The position numbers were made by a program, and so were the translations under genes. The notes below the pieces were generated by a model. That model was not told where the DNA came from. It ran no database searches and saw nothing but the letters and a program-made list of their open reading frames with translations. 64,000 bases of DNA from a virus, in the IMG/VR virus record IMGVR_UViG_3300008516_000204, positions 1 through 64,000 of that record. The stretch is one strand, 5' to 3'. Shown piece after piece: positions 1 to 8,939 of this stretch. The number at the start of each line of letters is the position of its first letter. Position 1 is the stretch's first letter.

Positions 1-289
1 TATCTATAAATCCCAGCAATTTCTTTAACTTTAACTTATCACCTGCATTATTAAAGGCAAAATGAGTACATATCCCTCTCATAGAAATAATATAAGTCCC
101 TGCTGTAGCATAAGTGTGTATCCTATCTGGATCAGTGGCAGAGGTGATTTCATCTGAAGAACCATCTCCCCAATATACGGTAAAATTATGGGTTCCAGTT
201 CCCAAGGGCAGTGTAAAAGTCTTATCCCCCTCAGTAACGGCTATCTCAAATCTAAAATGCCTATGTAGTGTAGGTAAGGGTAATTTCAT
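1..289 (-). CDS. Partial PKD/Ig-like domain protein (runs off the left edge), probably virion/surface-associated
   Basis: Not in the ORF track. ATG at 289 overlaps the HNH stop (ATGA). Translation MKLPLPTLHRHF...FTLPLGTGTHNFTVYWGDGSSDEITS...HTYATAGTYIISMRG has the PKD WGDG / H-x-Y..GTY signature. Confidence 0.65.
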   Translation of the reverse strand, partial: MKLPLPTLHRHFRFEIAVTEGDKTFTLPLGTGTHNFTVYWGDGSSDEITSATDPDRIHTYATAGTYIISMRGICTHFAFNNAGDKLKLKKLLGFID

Positions 290-1134
290 TTTATTTCACC
301 GATTAATTTAGTAAAATGCTCTTGCCAATAATCTCGGTTAAAATTTGCTCTAATATTACATATTTTGCATAAAGTTATTAAATTATTTTTACTGCAATTT
401 TGTTTGTGGTAATCAATATGATGTATTTCTATATCTCTGCTATAAATAACTAAATGCTCCTCTTGAGTCATTCCACAATTTTGGCAGATATAATTATCTC
501 GTTCTCGTATCTGCTCTTTTATCTTACTATTAAATTCTTTAGAATATGGCTCATATCCTCTGCCATGAATATAACCACACTTTCTTTCTTTGCGAGTTTT
601 GCTTACTTTTTCCCTTATGGCTAATAACTTCATTGGATTATTTAGTAGCATTATTTTTCTAACTTTCTCTCTTACTTCTGGTAAATAAAATGGACTGCTC
701 CTTTTCCTCGCACAAGAACGACATTCTTGATTACCATGTAAAAAATTATCCAAACAAATTTCATTTACTCTACAGGTCTTACAATAATGTTTTTTATGCT
801 TTTCTGTACTATAATTCCAATATTCTTCGAGAGGTCTCTGATTTCGCTTCTTTAAGGGAATATTATAATATTTTAATTTTCTTAAAATAGTAGTACAATG
901 GCAACCAAATTTCTTTGCTATTTCTCTCGGCATTTTATTATGTTTCGCATACTCGATTATCAAAAATTCTTTAGTTATGCAATATTTTGGTTTTCTGATA
1001 TTATATCTTTTCAAATACCTCTTGATAGTAGTAATTCCATACCCAAACTCGTTGGATATTTCTTTAATAGTTTTCTCTTTATGAACTTTTTCCTGTATCA
1101 AAAATTCTTCTGTAATATATGGTTTCCTACTCAA
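286..1134 (-). CDS. HNH homing endonuclease with N-terminal HTH repeats
   Basis: C-terminal RDNYICQNCG...IHHIDYHKQNCSKNNLITLCKICN; two ITxEFLI..HTH repeats at the N-terminus. Confidence 0.9.
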   Translation of the reverse strand: MSRKPYITEEFLIQEKVHKEKTIKEISNEFGYGITTIKRYLKRYNIRKPKYCITKEFLIIEYAKHNKMPREIAKKFGCHCTTILRKLKYYNIPLKKRNQRPLEEYWNYSTEKHKKHYCKTCRVNEICLDNFLHGNQECRSCARKRSSPFYLPEVREKVRKIMLLNNPMKLLAIREKVSKTRKERKCGYIHGRGYEPYSKEFNSKIKEQIRERDNYICQNCGMTQEEHLVIYSRDIEIHHIDYHKQNCSKNNLITLCKICNIRANFNRDYWQEHFTKLIGEIK

Positions 1135-1153
1135 TTATAGCTCCTCTTTTTGG

Positions 1154-1176
1154 AAGGGGAGGGATGCCCTCCCCTT
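1154..1176 (-). terminator. GC-rich stem-loop after the collagen gene (no U-tract on the coding strand)
   Basis: AAGGGGAGGG-ATG-CCCTCCCCTT perfect 10-bp inverted repeat. Confidence 0.5.
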
Positions 1177-1189
1177 TATATTATCAGCA

Positions 1190-2146
1190 TTAGTTTGCAG
1201 TGATTATCAACGCCTTGTAGTCTGGATCGTATACCGCCGAGGGACCAGATGGACCTTGCGGTCCTGTCTTACCAGTAGCTCCTGTTGCACCAGTAACTCC
1301 CTGCGTTCCTTGTGGTCCAGTTGGACCTGTCTCTCCTTGAACGCCTGTGTGTCCTTGAACACCAGTCGGACCAGTTGTTCCAGTCTTGCCTTGAGGTCCT
1401 GTTACACCTGTTTCGCCTTGGACACCCTGAGTTCCTTGTAAACCTGTTGGACCAGTTACTCCCTGTGGACCAGTTGGTCCTTGAACCCCTGTTGGTCCTG
1501 TCTGCCCCTTCTTAACAAATAAATCCCAATAAGCGGTTTCTGTCTCTGGATTTTTATTCGTTCCAGTTTGTAGAGCAATATAGCCAGAACCATTATATTC
1601 CACGCAGTCATTAGCAGCATATTCTACTTCAGAATCCCAAGTTCCTTCCCACTCATAGATTACACCAGTCGGACCAGTCTGCCCTGTTACTCCTTGAGGA
1701 CCCGTCGGTCCAGTTTCGCCCTGTAATCCTGTTGTACCCGTTGGACCTTGCACACCAGTTGTGCCTGTTTTGCCAGTAGCACCTTGTGCTCCCTGTAATC
1801 CAGTGGGACCAGTAGTACCCTGTGTTCCCTGCGGACCTGTGGGACCAGTTTTCCCTAAATATTCTGACCAGTTAGCACCATCAAATTTGTAATATTCATT
1901 TTCATCATCCACCCAACATATATAGCCTTCTGTTGGTGTTATCTTTGTCCAAAGAGCTGTACCTGCCTCACCTGCTGTATTACAGAAAACAATATCATTA
2001 ACAGCAAAAGCTGACCACTGGCCACCTATACCAGCAACGATGTACCTATCACCCTTGCTGGCCGCTGGGGAGGTTACGAGGTCTTTATCTTTTACAGTTT
2101 CCTGAAAACTAAAAACATCTCTTGCATTCACACGATATGTTGACAT
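1190..2146 (-). CDS. Collagen-like (GXT-rich) virion fibre with DUF2793-like N-terminus and an internal CBM5/12-like module
   Basis: Long GPT/GVQ/GxT triplet runs; GDRYIV...W...P.EG..CWV.DE.....FDG..W at the N-terminus; W....Y...D.V.YNG..Y.A module. Confidence 0.85.
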   Translation of the reverse strand: MSTYRVNARDVFSFQETVKDKDLVTSPAASKGDRYIVAGIGGQWSAFAVNDIVFCNTAGEAGTALWTKITPTEGYICWVDDENEYYKFDGANWSEYLGKTGPTGPQGTQGTTGPTGLQGAQGATGKTGTTGVQGPTGTTGLQGETGPTGPQGVTGQTGPTGVIYEWEGTWDSEVEYAANDCVEYNGSGYIALQTGTNKNPETETAYWDLFVKKGQTGPTGVQGPTGPQGVTGPTGLQGTQGVQGETGVTGPQGKTGTTGPTGVQGHTGVQGETGPTGPQGTQGVTGATGATGKTGPQGPSGPSAVYDPDYKALIITAN

Positions 2147-2200
2147 TTTTATTTCACCCCCTGCTCAATTGATTTTTTGTTACTATATTAACAAAATTTT

Positions 2201-2416
2201 TCATAGTTGTTCCTTTTTCACTTCCACCTTTTCTTCGGACTCATCAATAAATTTTACAATTATAAAATCTGGAGCCTTTAGATTATCGCCTTTCTTACTA
2301 TTTTTAAAAGCCACATATATAACTTTATTGAGAGATATTTTTAAGCCCTCTTTTCCATTTTTGAACTTCCGAAGCCATGCCACTCCAACTTTTTCTATCT
2401 TAGCACGCTTATCCAC
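2201..2416 (-). CDS. Small DUF736-like protein
   Basis: KVGVAW..K...G..L.ISL and FKN.KK....APDF motifs. Confidence 0.5.
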   Translation of the reverse strand: MDKRAKIEKVGVAWLRKFKNGKEGLKISLNKVIYVAFKNSKKGDNLKAPDFIIVKFIDESEEKVEVKKEQL

Positions 2417-2437
2417 TATTACCTTCCTTTCTGCATT

Positions 2438-2893
2438 TTACTGCTCAACATTAAAACAATGATAATCACTATCGTATTTGAGCAACTTTTCCATTCTTTC
2501 TTTTACATTTGCGAATATACCTTTTGGATTAGTCCCTAATTCTTCTTCAACTTTTATCAAACCATCCTTTAAAACATTGTGGTCGATAGCCAATACATTT
2601 CTATAAACTCTATCACCAACTTCGTGAGGTGATGCTGTAGTTCCCTGCATACCTCTTTCTAGTGGATTAGCAACTGTACCAAAATGGGTTGCATCCTTTT
2701 CTAAATAACGAACAATTTCACCATTTATGCTAATATAACCAGTGTCAGGAAAACCATTGGTGCTGTCGACCTCAAAAATAGTAGCTACTGCATCAACGCC
2801 TGTAATTAATGTTGTAAATCTATTGTCTTTGGCTTCTAATAATGAAGTATTATCATCAATATTATTAGGATATTTAGGAGTAGCCTCGCCCAT
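2438..2893 (-). CDS. Hypothetical virion-associated protein
   Basis: Coupled within the structural operon; FP..G.I.I.GE.V.Y...RG..GT.A..H motif common in phage structural proteins. Confidence 0.6.
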   Translation of the reverse strand: MGEATPKYPNNIDDNTSLLEAKDNRFTTLITGVDAVATIFEVDSTNGFPDTGYISINGEIVRYLEKDATHFGTVANPLERGMQGTTASPHEVGDRVYRNVLAIDHNVLKDGLIKVEEELGTNPKGIFANVKERMEKLLKYDSDYHCFNVEQ

Positions 2894-3222
2894 CAGCCTA
2901 GCTCTTTCTTTATTTTAAAATTTATTGTATTATAATTGCTCTGAATTCTGCCATCGGGAAAAGTAATCTCTATCTCCCCAAGAAAATCACCCACAGTATC
3001 TAAATCATCTGTCTGCCAAGAATATTCACATACTCCAGCTTCAGCGTCGGTAATATCACAAAGTCGTTTAAATTTATATACCCCACTTCTGAACGCCTTT
3101 TTAAAAATAAATTTGACACTGCATCCTGTTAAAATAATAGCATCACCAGTTTCACCGCAACCATCTTCCCTACATGTAAAACGCAGAATAGGTTTGGTAT
3201 CATTTTGAATGAGTTCTATCAT
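2893..3222 (-). CDS. BppU-like Ig-fold baseplate/fibre-attachment protein
   Basis: IQNDT.P.L.F...L.G.SV.F...G..EY.W...D....G.F..EIEITF.DG pattern. Confidence 0.55.
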   Translation of the reverse strand: MIELIQNDTKPILRFTCREDGCGETGDAIILTGCSVKFIFKKAFRSGVYKFKRLCDITDAEAGVCEYSWQTDDLDTVGDFLGEIEITFPDGRIQSNYNTINFKIKKELG

Positions 3223-3392
3223 TATCTAGTCCCTTTAAATTTAACTTCGATATCGTATTTTTTATGAAACATAGCACTAATTAATCCTTTTACAAATCTA
3301 ACAGTAATGTCTATATATCTTTTTACTACAATAAGAAAAGTATTGTAAACCTGCTTATTATACATAAATGAATTATAAATTTTATTCACCCT

Positions 3393-4481
3393 TTATATAA
3401 TACTTATAATCTGCCCATCTGTAACTGTTACAGTTTTTCCATCTACTGTAGTAAAAGTTCCATTAATTGAATTTTTTGCTAACAATTGTTCTTTATCTGT
3501 TAAAATAGGATGGTCTGGGGTGTTATATGTAGGATTTCCTTCGATTTTACACGAACCATCATACCAACAAGCATCTAATTCACCTGTCAAATAAACAGAA
3601 GTTCTATTGCGTAATTGTAAAACTAAAGTTTCTATATTGCTAAATGCCATTTTTCCCCACTCTTCATGCCCAAGTCCACAAACATAGTCTGCTACTATGT
3701 GTGCTTCTTTTCCATTACAATTAAATGCTGGTGGAGAATTAAAAGATGAATGTCCGACATAAGTTACTTGTTTCAAAGTAACATCTTGATAATCTTCAGT
3801 AAATCTAAAAATTTCATTTGCGCCTTCATCAGACATCCTAAATAATACTATATCTTTAAATATTACATTTTTACCATGCCAATAACCAGAGGAGACAGTT
3901 TTATTTATCTGCCTCATTCCAGAAAGAAATAAATCTCCTTCTATAGTAATATTAGTAATATCTTTTACAGCCGTAGAAGTTATTGTTATATTAGAAGTAA
4001 CTATAATAGTTCCACCATTTATAGTCCTTAAATAATCAATAGCATCGTCAAAGTTATCATAATCTGCTCCAGAAATTCCAACTGTGACAATTGATTTAGT
4101 TAGCCCACCACCATTTATCCATGATAATTCTTTATTCCCATCAGTCTTTAATACCTGCCCAGTTGCCCCATCCTCTGGCAAAACATAAATAGTATCTTCT
4201 GCTAAAACTTCTGGGCTCTTGAACCCAATATGCTTATCGCCATTTTTTATTCTCAATTCTTCTGGAGCATCAAAAGTTTCATTAGGACAAGCAGCAACGA
4301 TGCTATCAAGTATATCCTCATCTTCGGTGGATAAAGTATTAGTGAAGTTTACTTTTAATTCTTGGTCATCTTCCTCCCAATTACACCATTCAATACCCTT
4401 ATCAGTCATTGCTGATGCAGCAACCTCATCATGTATATATTGTAAATGGGGTAATTGAGTTTTAGTGTATTCATATAACAT
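3393..4481 (-). CDS. Tail fibre/spike-like virion protein
   Basis: LP.DG..GQVLKTDG...LSW fibre motif; VG...DY..F.DAI entry to a beta-helix-like region; GTFTT.DGKTVTVTDG.I C-terminus. Confidence 0.6.
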   Translation of the reverse strand: MLYEYTKTQLPHLQYIHDEVAASAMTDKGIEWCNWEEDDQELKVNFTNTLSTEDEDILDSIVAACPNETFDAPEELRIKNGDKHIGFKSPEVLAEDTIYVLPEDGATGQVLKTDGNKELSWINGGGLTKSIVTVGISGADYDNFDDAIDYLRTINGGTIIVTSNITITSTAVKDITNITIEGDLFLSGMRQINKTVSSGYWHGKNVIFKDIVLFRMSDEGANEIFRFTEDYQDVTLKQVTYVGHSSFNSPPAFNCNGKEAHIVADYVCGLGHEEWGKMAFSNIETLVLQLRNRTSVYLTGELDACWYDGSCKIEGNPTYNTPDHPILTDKEQLLAKNSINGTFTTVDGKTVTVTDGQIISII

Positions 4482-4497
4482 CTTTTCTACCTCCTAA

Positions 4498-5607
4498 TTA
4501 TATTTTTCTCATAGATAATCTAACTCTACAAATCATTGCGGTATCTCCATCAGCTTTAAAATCTACATCTATTGTGTGTAAATTAGTATCTGCGAAATTC
4601 AATCTTTTAAATCCAGAAGAATTACTATATTCATCTGCCATATTAGCTTCATGATATACACGATTGATTTGAGTTGTGTCGTCTAATTCAACCTGAACAA
4701 GAGTAGCTGAACCAACTTTACTATTTGCAGTTTCTAAAGACCACTCTAATAAATAATTTCCAATAGAAGGAGGTGTAAATTCCATACTATATTTTTCTTG
4801 CCAAGCAGTATCGGTAGTAGCTGATACTGTTTCATCTTCTGCATAAGTAACATCTGCTATGGGTCCAGTTGGTCCAGTAATACCCTGAATTCCTTGTGGT
4901 CCAGTAGGACCAGTTGTGCCTGTATCACCTTGTAAACCATTCTGCCCAGTAACTCCCTGTGGACCAATAGGCCCTGTAGTTCCTGTTCCTGTAGGACCAG
5001 TGGGACCAGTCTTACCAGTTATACCAGTAACACCATGAGGATTGTCAGTACGAGTATCGTGGTCGCCATCTGTTACTAAATCAAGTTCGGTTTTATTATC
5101 ATGATCGTGTTTTTTAGCTAAAAGGTCGGTATCTATTTCGCCATCTTTAATTACCACGCCTTCAATTGTTATCCCCGCATCAAGTGTGTATTCATTTATT
5201 GTGTCTATAAATCCACAACCTGTTACATCAAGACCACAATCAAATTTAAATTTGTCTTTAGCCTCCTGCCAAATAATTTCTCCATCCCCGTTATTACCAG
5301 AAAATTTAATTTTATAATCTATACCAGTCGCACCATTTCCTATTCTAAGTGCTTCTGCTAGAGATGTATCTATATGCACTCTTCCATCAGCATCCACAGT
5401 AACTTTATCTACCCTTAATGCCTCATCTGTATTTTGAATATGCTTTTTAGCAATAGCATCTTTTATATCATTCTCATCTTCTATGATTACAAAATCTCTT
5501 ATTTCAGATTCAGGATGAGTAGAACAAGTTACATTCTCATCAACAGTCTCCTGCTCTAAATACTCATAGTGAGCACCATCTATACAATAAAATCTAACTT
5601 TATACAT
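4498..5607 (-). CDS. Collagen-like virion fibre protein
   Basis: About 20 GXY triplets; shares HIQNTD, KHxHxNK and DNPH motifs with the neighbouring fibre gene. Confidence 0.75.
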   Translation of the reverse strand: MYKVRFYCIDGAHYEYLEQETVDENVTCSTHPESEIRDFVIIEDENDIKDAIAKKHIQNTDEALRVDKVTVDADGRVHIDTSLAEALRIGNGATGIDYKIKFSGNNGDGEIIWQEAKDKFKFDCGLDVTGCGFIDTINEYTLDAGITIEGVVIKDGEIDTDLLAKKHDHDNKTELDLVTDGDHDTRTDNPHGVTGITGKTGPTGPTGTGTTGPIGPQGVTGQNGLQGDTGTTGPTGPQGIQGITGPTGPIADVTYAEDETVSATTDTAWQEKYSMEFTPPSIGNYLLEWSLETANSKVGSATLVQVELDDTTQINRVYHEANMADEYSNSSGFKRLNFADTNLHTIDVDFKADGDTAMICRVRLSMRKI

Positions 5608-5623
5608 AACTTATTCTCCTTTT

Positions 5624-6682
5624 TTAAAATTCTATTAGTAGCCCTGAAACATATACTTCTTCTTCTGGACTCTTTGCCTGAACTTCAAACACAGCTTCCC
5701 CAGAAGGTAAATTTGCTAGTGTCCCTAAATCTATCCCAATAGGTACTAAACTACTTATTCCTGTTACTTCGCAAATAACATTAGCGTTAGTTGAATCGTA
5801 TATGCTAACATCCCCAGGTTTTACTGCGGTTTTAACATGTGCTATCACTTTGATACTAGTAGGACTGCCTAATTTAGTAGTTCCTTTAAAAATAAATCTG
5901 GTAAGGACTGCATAAGTTGCACTTTTGGCGAATAAATAATTATTGGCGTTACCACTCAAAGTAATCTCTATACATTTAGCACCATTAACTAAAGTATTTA
6001 CTTCAGCTTGGGTATATGCCCCTACTTGGGCAGAAGTAACTGTATGAGGATTATCGGTTAAATCTTTATGAGTAACTGCGTCTTTTACATCTGCTACAGC
6101 GACTTCATTGGCCCCACCTTCATCTAATTTTTGGTCTGTACCTTGAGTGTGGGCTTTAGTAACTGCATCATCATAAGCAGTCTTTAAAGCACTTGTAAGA
6201 GCTTCCTCTATTAAATCGAGAGTAGCCTTATTAGCATGTGTATGCTCGTTAATAACGCAAGAATCATAAGCACTTTTTAAAGCGGTTGTAAATGCTTCTT
6301 CTATTGCATCTAGCGTTACTTTGTTAGCATGAGTATGTTCATTCGTAACACAAGAATCGTAGGCAGTCTTTAATGCAGAAGTAAATGCTTCTTCTATCAA
6401 GTCTAAAGTTGCTTTATTTGAATGTTCATGTGCTTTTGTAACAGCATCGTCATATGCTGTTTTTAAAGCAGATGTCAATGCTTCCTCTATAAGGTCTAAA
6501 GTAACTTTATTAACATGACTATGTTTTATATCAACTGCATCTTTAATATCTGCGACTGCTACTTCATTAACTCCACCTTCGTCTAATTTGGTATCTGTAT
6601 TCTGGATATGTGCTTGCTCTACCGCTTCTGCTGTCTCATCATCCTGAATTTTGTCATACTTAGTTGGTTTAAATCTGTCCAT
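5624..6682 (-). CDS. His-repeat fibre protein
   Basis: Four 31-aa repeats flanked by duplicated H.Q.TD.KLDEGG.NEVAVAD.KDAV units. Confidence 0.7.
   Translation of the reverse strand: MDRFKPTKYDKIQDDETAEAVEQAHIQNTDTKLDEGGVNEVAVADIKDAVDIKHSHVNKVTLDLIEEALTSALKTAYDDAVTKAHEHSNKATLDLIEEAFTSALKTAYDSCVTNEHTHANKVTLDAIEEAFTTALKSAYDSCVINEHTHANKATLDLIEEALTSALKTAYDDAVTKAHTQGTDQKLDEGGANEVAVADVKDAVTHKDLTDNPHTVTSAQVGAYTQAEVNTLVNGAKCIEITLSGNANNYLFAKSATYAVLTRFIFKGTTKLGSPTSIKVIAHVKTAVKPGDVSIYDSTNANVICEVTGISSLVPIGIDLGTLANLPSGEAVFEVQAKSPEEEVYVSGLLIEF
6152..6523 (-). repeat. Four tandem 93-nt coding repeats (HxHxNKxTLDxIEEAxTxALKxAYD...)
   Basis: Residues 54-177 of ORF 5624-6682. Confidence 0.9.
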
Positions 6683-6750
6683 TATTATTGCCTCCTAATT
6701 TTTATTGTAATAAGAGATAGAGGCTAAACTGACTTCCCCTTATTTTTTAA

Positions 6751-7206
6751 TTAAACAGTTGTATCACTAACAACAATTTGTGTTACTTTATCGTCTACAT
6801 TATAAGAATAGGTTGATAATTTTGCAGGCTGTCCACCAGCTGCCCCAGTTGCATATTCCTTAATGGTTTCAACCTTGCCAGCCCCATTTCCAGCAGTTAC
6901 ATAAGTATATTCTGCTGTAATATTGGCTTTGTTCAGAGGATTTTCATCAACATCCACAACTCCTGAAATTGTAGAAACTCCTGTAACATGAACTGTTCCA
7001 TCAGCATCCACTTTGATATATTTAGCATTGCCTACAGTTCCATCGGTTGAAGCGATTTTTAAATTGTCTATATTCAAAGATAAAGAATCTACAGATAATT
7101 CAGTATCAACTTTTAAAACACCAAGTCCATCGGCATCTACTGTTGCTGCCAATGGTATAAATTTTACTTGATTCCCATCTTTGACAGAAGCGTATAATCG
7201 AGCCAT
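6751..7206 (-). CDS. Hypothetical virion protein
   Basis: Strong SD (AGGAGG), beta-rich composition, in the structural operon. Confidence 0.6.
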   Translation of the reverse strand: MARLYASVKDGNQVKFIPLAATVDADGLGVLKVDTELSVDSLSLNIDNLKIASTDGTVGNAKYIKVDADGTVHVTGVSTISGVVDVDENPLNKANITAEYTYVTAGNGAGKVETIKEYATGAAGGQPAKLSTYSYNVDDKVTQIVVSDTTV

Positions 7207-7301
7207 ATTTTTCCTCCTTATTATTTCTGATTAAATTTTAATATTTTTACTTTCAGATTCCGCATGGTTTTATTTATAGTGATTTGCGTCTTCACACTTT
7301 G

Positions 7302-7493
7302 TTATCTCCACCAACGAAGTAGACAAAACATTGCCACAGTCAAACCAAAATATAGTGCCTGCATAATTTTGTCAAATTTATGTTGTGAAACATGATTAGT
7401 AAAATGAAGTTTTAAACCCTTTAGTGCCTCATCAAGTTGCCCTACCTTGTTACTCAATTCTACTAATATGTTTATATTATTTTGCTCTGACAT
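7302..7493 (-). CDS. Small coiled-coil protein with C-terminal TM helix (holin-like?)
   Basis: IMQALYFGLTVAMFCLLRWWR hydrophobic tail. Confidence 0.5.
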   Translation of the reverse strand: MSEQNNINILVELSNKVGQLDEALKGLKLHFTNHVSQHKFDKIMQALYFGLTVAMFCLLRWWR

Positions 7494-7502
7494 TTTATTC
7501 CT

Positions 7503-7805
7503 TTACTTCTTAAAAACTTTCGCCAATCCTTTATCTATAAGCTCTTGATTTACATTCCTGCCATTCAAATAGACTATTGCAAGTGAATATTCTTTTGCCA
7601 ACTTAATATCAATCAGAACTTTTTTATCTACTAAAGTATCATTAAGGTATTCAATCGCACCATCAAACTTGCTATTTTTATACTTAAGAGATGAGATATC
7701 TTTCAGTCTAAGGGTTGACCTAACTCTGACTCCAAATCCTAATGAGATTTCAGCATCAAATGTATTAATATTCTTTATATTTTTAATCACAGCTTCATAT
7801 CTCAT
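7503..7805 (-). CDS. Thermonuclease (SNase)-fold protein, catalytic residues degenerate
   Basis: YEA.I....TFD..I.LGFGV.....LRL and NVN.ELI.KGLA scaffold, but DGDT>NINT and no GIDAPE/DKYGR. Confidence 0.7.
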   Translation of the reverse strand: MRYEAVIKNIKNINTFDAEISLGFGVRVRSTLRLKDISSLKYKNSKFDGAIEYLNDTLVDKKVLIDIKLAKEYSLAIVYLNGRNVNQELIDKGLAKVFKK

Positions 7806-7830
7806 TTTCTCTCCAGAATTTTTTTTAGAA

Positions 7831-7869
7831 CCAGTAGGTCTGGGACTACATAAGCCCCAAACCTACCAG
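7831..7869 (-). terminator. About 17-bp stem-loop 3' of the major capsid gene
   Basis: Minus strand CTGGTAGGTTTGGGGCT-TATGT-AGTCCCAGACCTACTGG; mismatches become G-U pairs only on the minus-strand RNA; no U-tract. Confidence 0.6.
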
Positions 7870-7884
7870 ATTATTTAATAGCTA

Positions 7885-8877
7885 TTATACGCTATTTTCA
7901 AGACCGTCGATTCTAACTATAGAACCAACTCCAAGGGTCTGTTTCAAATCTATTCTTTCAGAAATTACCACTCTGAGAGCATCGGCTTCGATAATCTTAT
8001 CGGATTCAAACTTAACTTTCCGTCTGTCACCAATAACAACAGCATCACGTCTCATCAAAACAGCAACACCCTTATCGGCTACCTGGGGAGCTCCACCCTC
8101 CATACAGAGAGCAGTCAACTCTTCAGGAATATAAGGAGATTCCACGAGTTTAATACCCATGTATTGCCCTAATTCACCTTTAAGAATAGTAGCATTCGGA
8201 CCATATTTTTCAACAGTCAAAACAGCAGTTTCTTGGCGTAGTTTAGAAGCAGTGTAAGGACTAACTAAAAGTATTAGTTTATCCACACCACGACCATATT
8301 TACCCATAGCTATTCTAGCAGCCTCGATAGTAGCTAATAGAGAAGTAGCGTAATCCACAGTTTTCCCAGCACCAAGTTTTAGAACACCATCAAATGCTTT
8401 TCTAGCATCCTGAGCGTTCGCCCAACCTAATCCAGTATCACCCTGAATCATAGCTTTTTCTTCCGCAGTTGCCACGCCTTGTGCAAAAGCCTCTTTAATA
8501 AGAGGTAGCATAGCCACTTTAGAATCCTCCTCTACTTCATTGGAAATATCAGTATAAGCCATTAGTTTCTTAGCAGCTAATGTAACTTTCCCTGCAAAAG
8601 CTGAAGTTAAATCAGATTTCGCAGCGGGTGCAGTTGCTTCACCAGAAACATAATAGACTGTAGCATCAGCATCAATTCTAGGAATCTCGAAGCTAGCTGT
8701 AGGCATAGTTATCGTTCTGAAAAGTTCACGACAATAATTCTTCTCCCTGACTAATTCAATAAACTCTTTAGCATATTCTACAGGTAAAAAGTTGCCAATT
8801 TCAGATGATAGCAAGTCTTCAGCATCAGCTTTTTGTAATCCTACTCCAACAGCTTTCTTAATTGCATCGTCTAACAT
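7885..8877 (-). CDS. Major capsid protein, HK97 fold
   Basis: G.FLP.EY...FI..V, IP.......YV.GE, VTL.AKKL.....IS.E..EDS, E.AMI.GD, R..MGKYG motifs; follows the protease; strong SD. Confidence 0.92.
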   Translation of the reverse strand: MLDDAIKKAVGVGLQKADAEDLLSSEIGNFLPVEYAKEFIELVREKNYCRELFRTITMPTASFEIPRIDADATVYYVSGEATAPAAKSDLTSAFAGKVTLAAKKLMAYTDISNEVEEDSKVAMLPLIKEAFAQGVATAEEKAMIQGDTGLGWANAQDARKAFDGVLKLGAGKTVDYATSLLATIEAARIAMGKYGRGVDKLILLVSPYTASKLRQETAVLTVEKYGPNATILKGELGQYMGIKLVESPYIPEELTALCMEGGAPQVADKGVAVLMRRDAVVIGDRRKVKFESDKIIEADALRVVISERIDLKQTLGVGSIVRIDGLENSV

Positions 8878-8939
8878 ATCTTAAAACACCTCCTGTCTTT
8901 ACAGATTCAACCTAGCACAATTTTTCTAGGATATTATTT

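Noticed and set aside
6152-6523. CRISPR array or DGR template/variable repeats
   Set aside because: The repeats are contiguous in-frame coding units with mainly synonymous variation and no spacers. No reverse transcriptase or cas gene is in the window.
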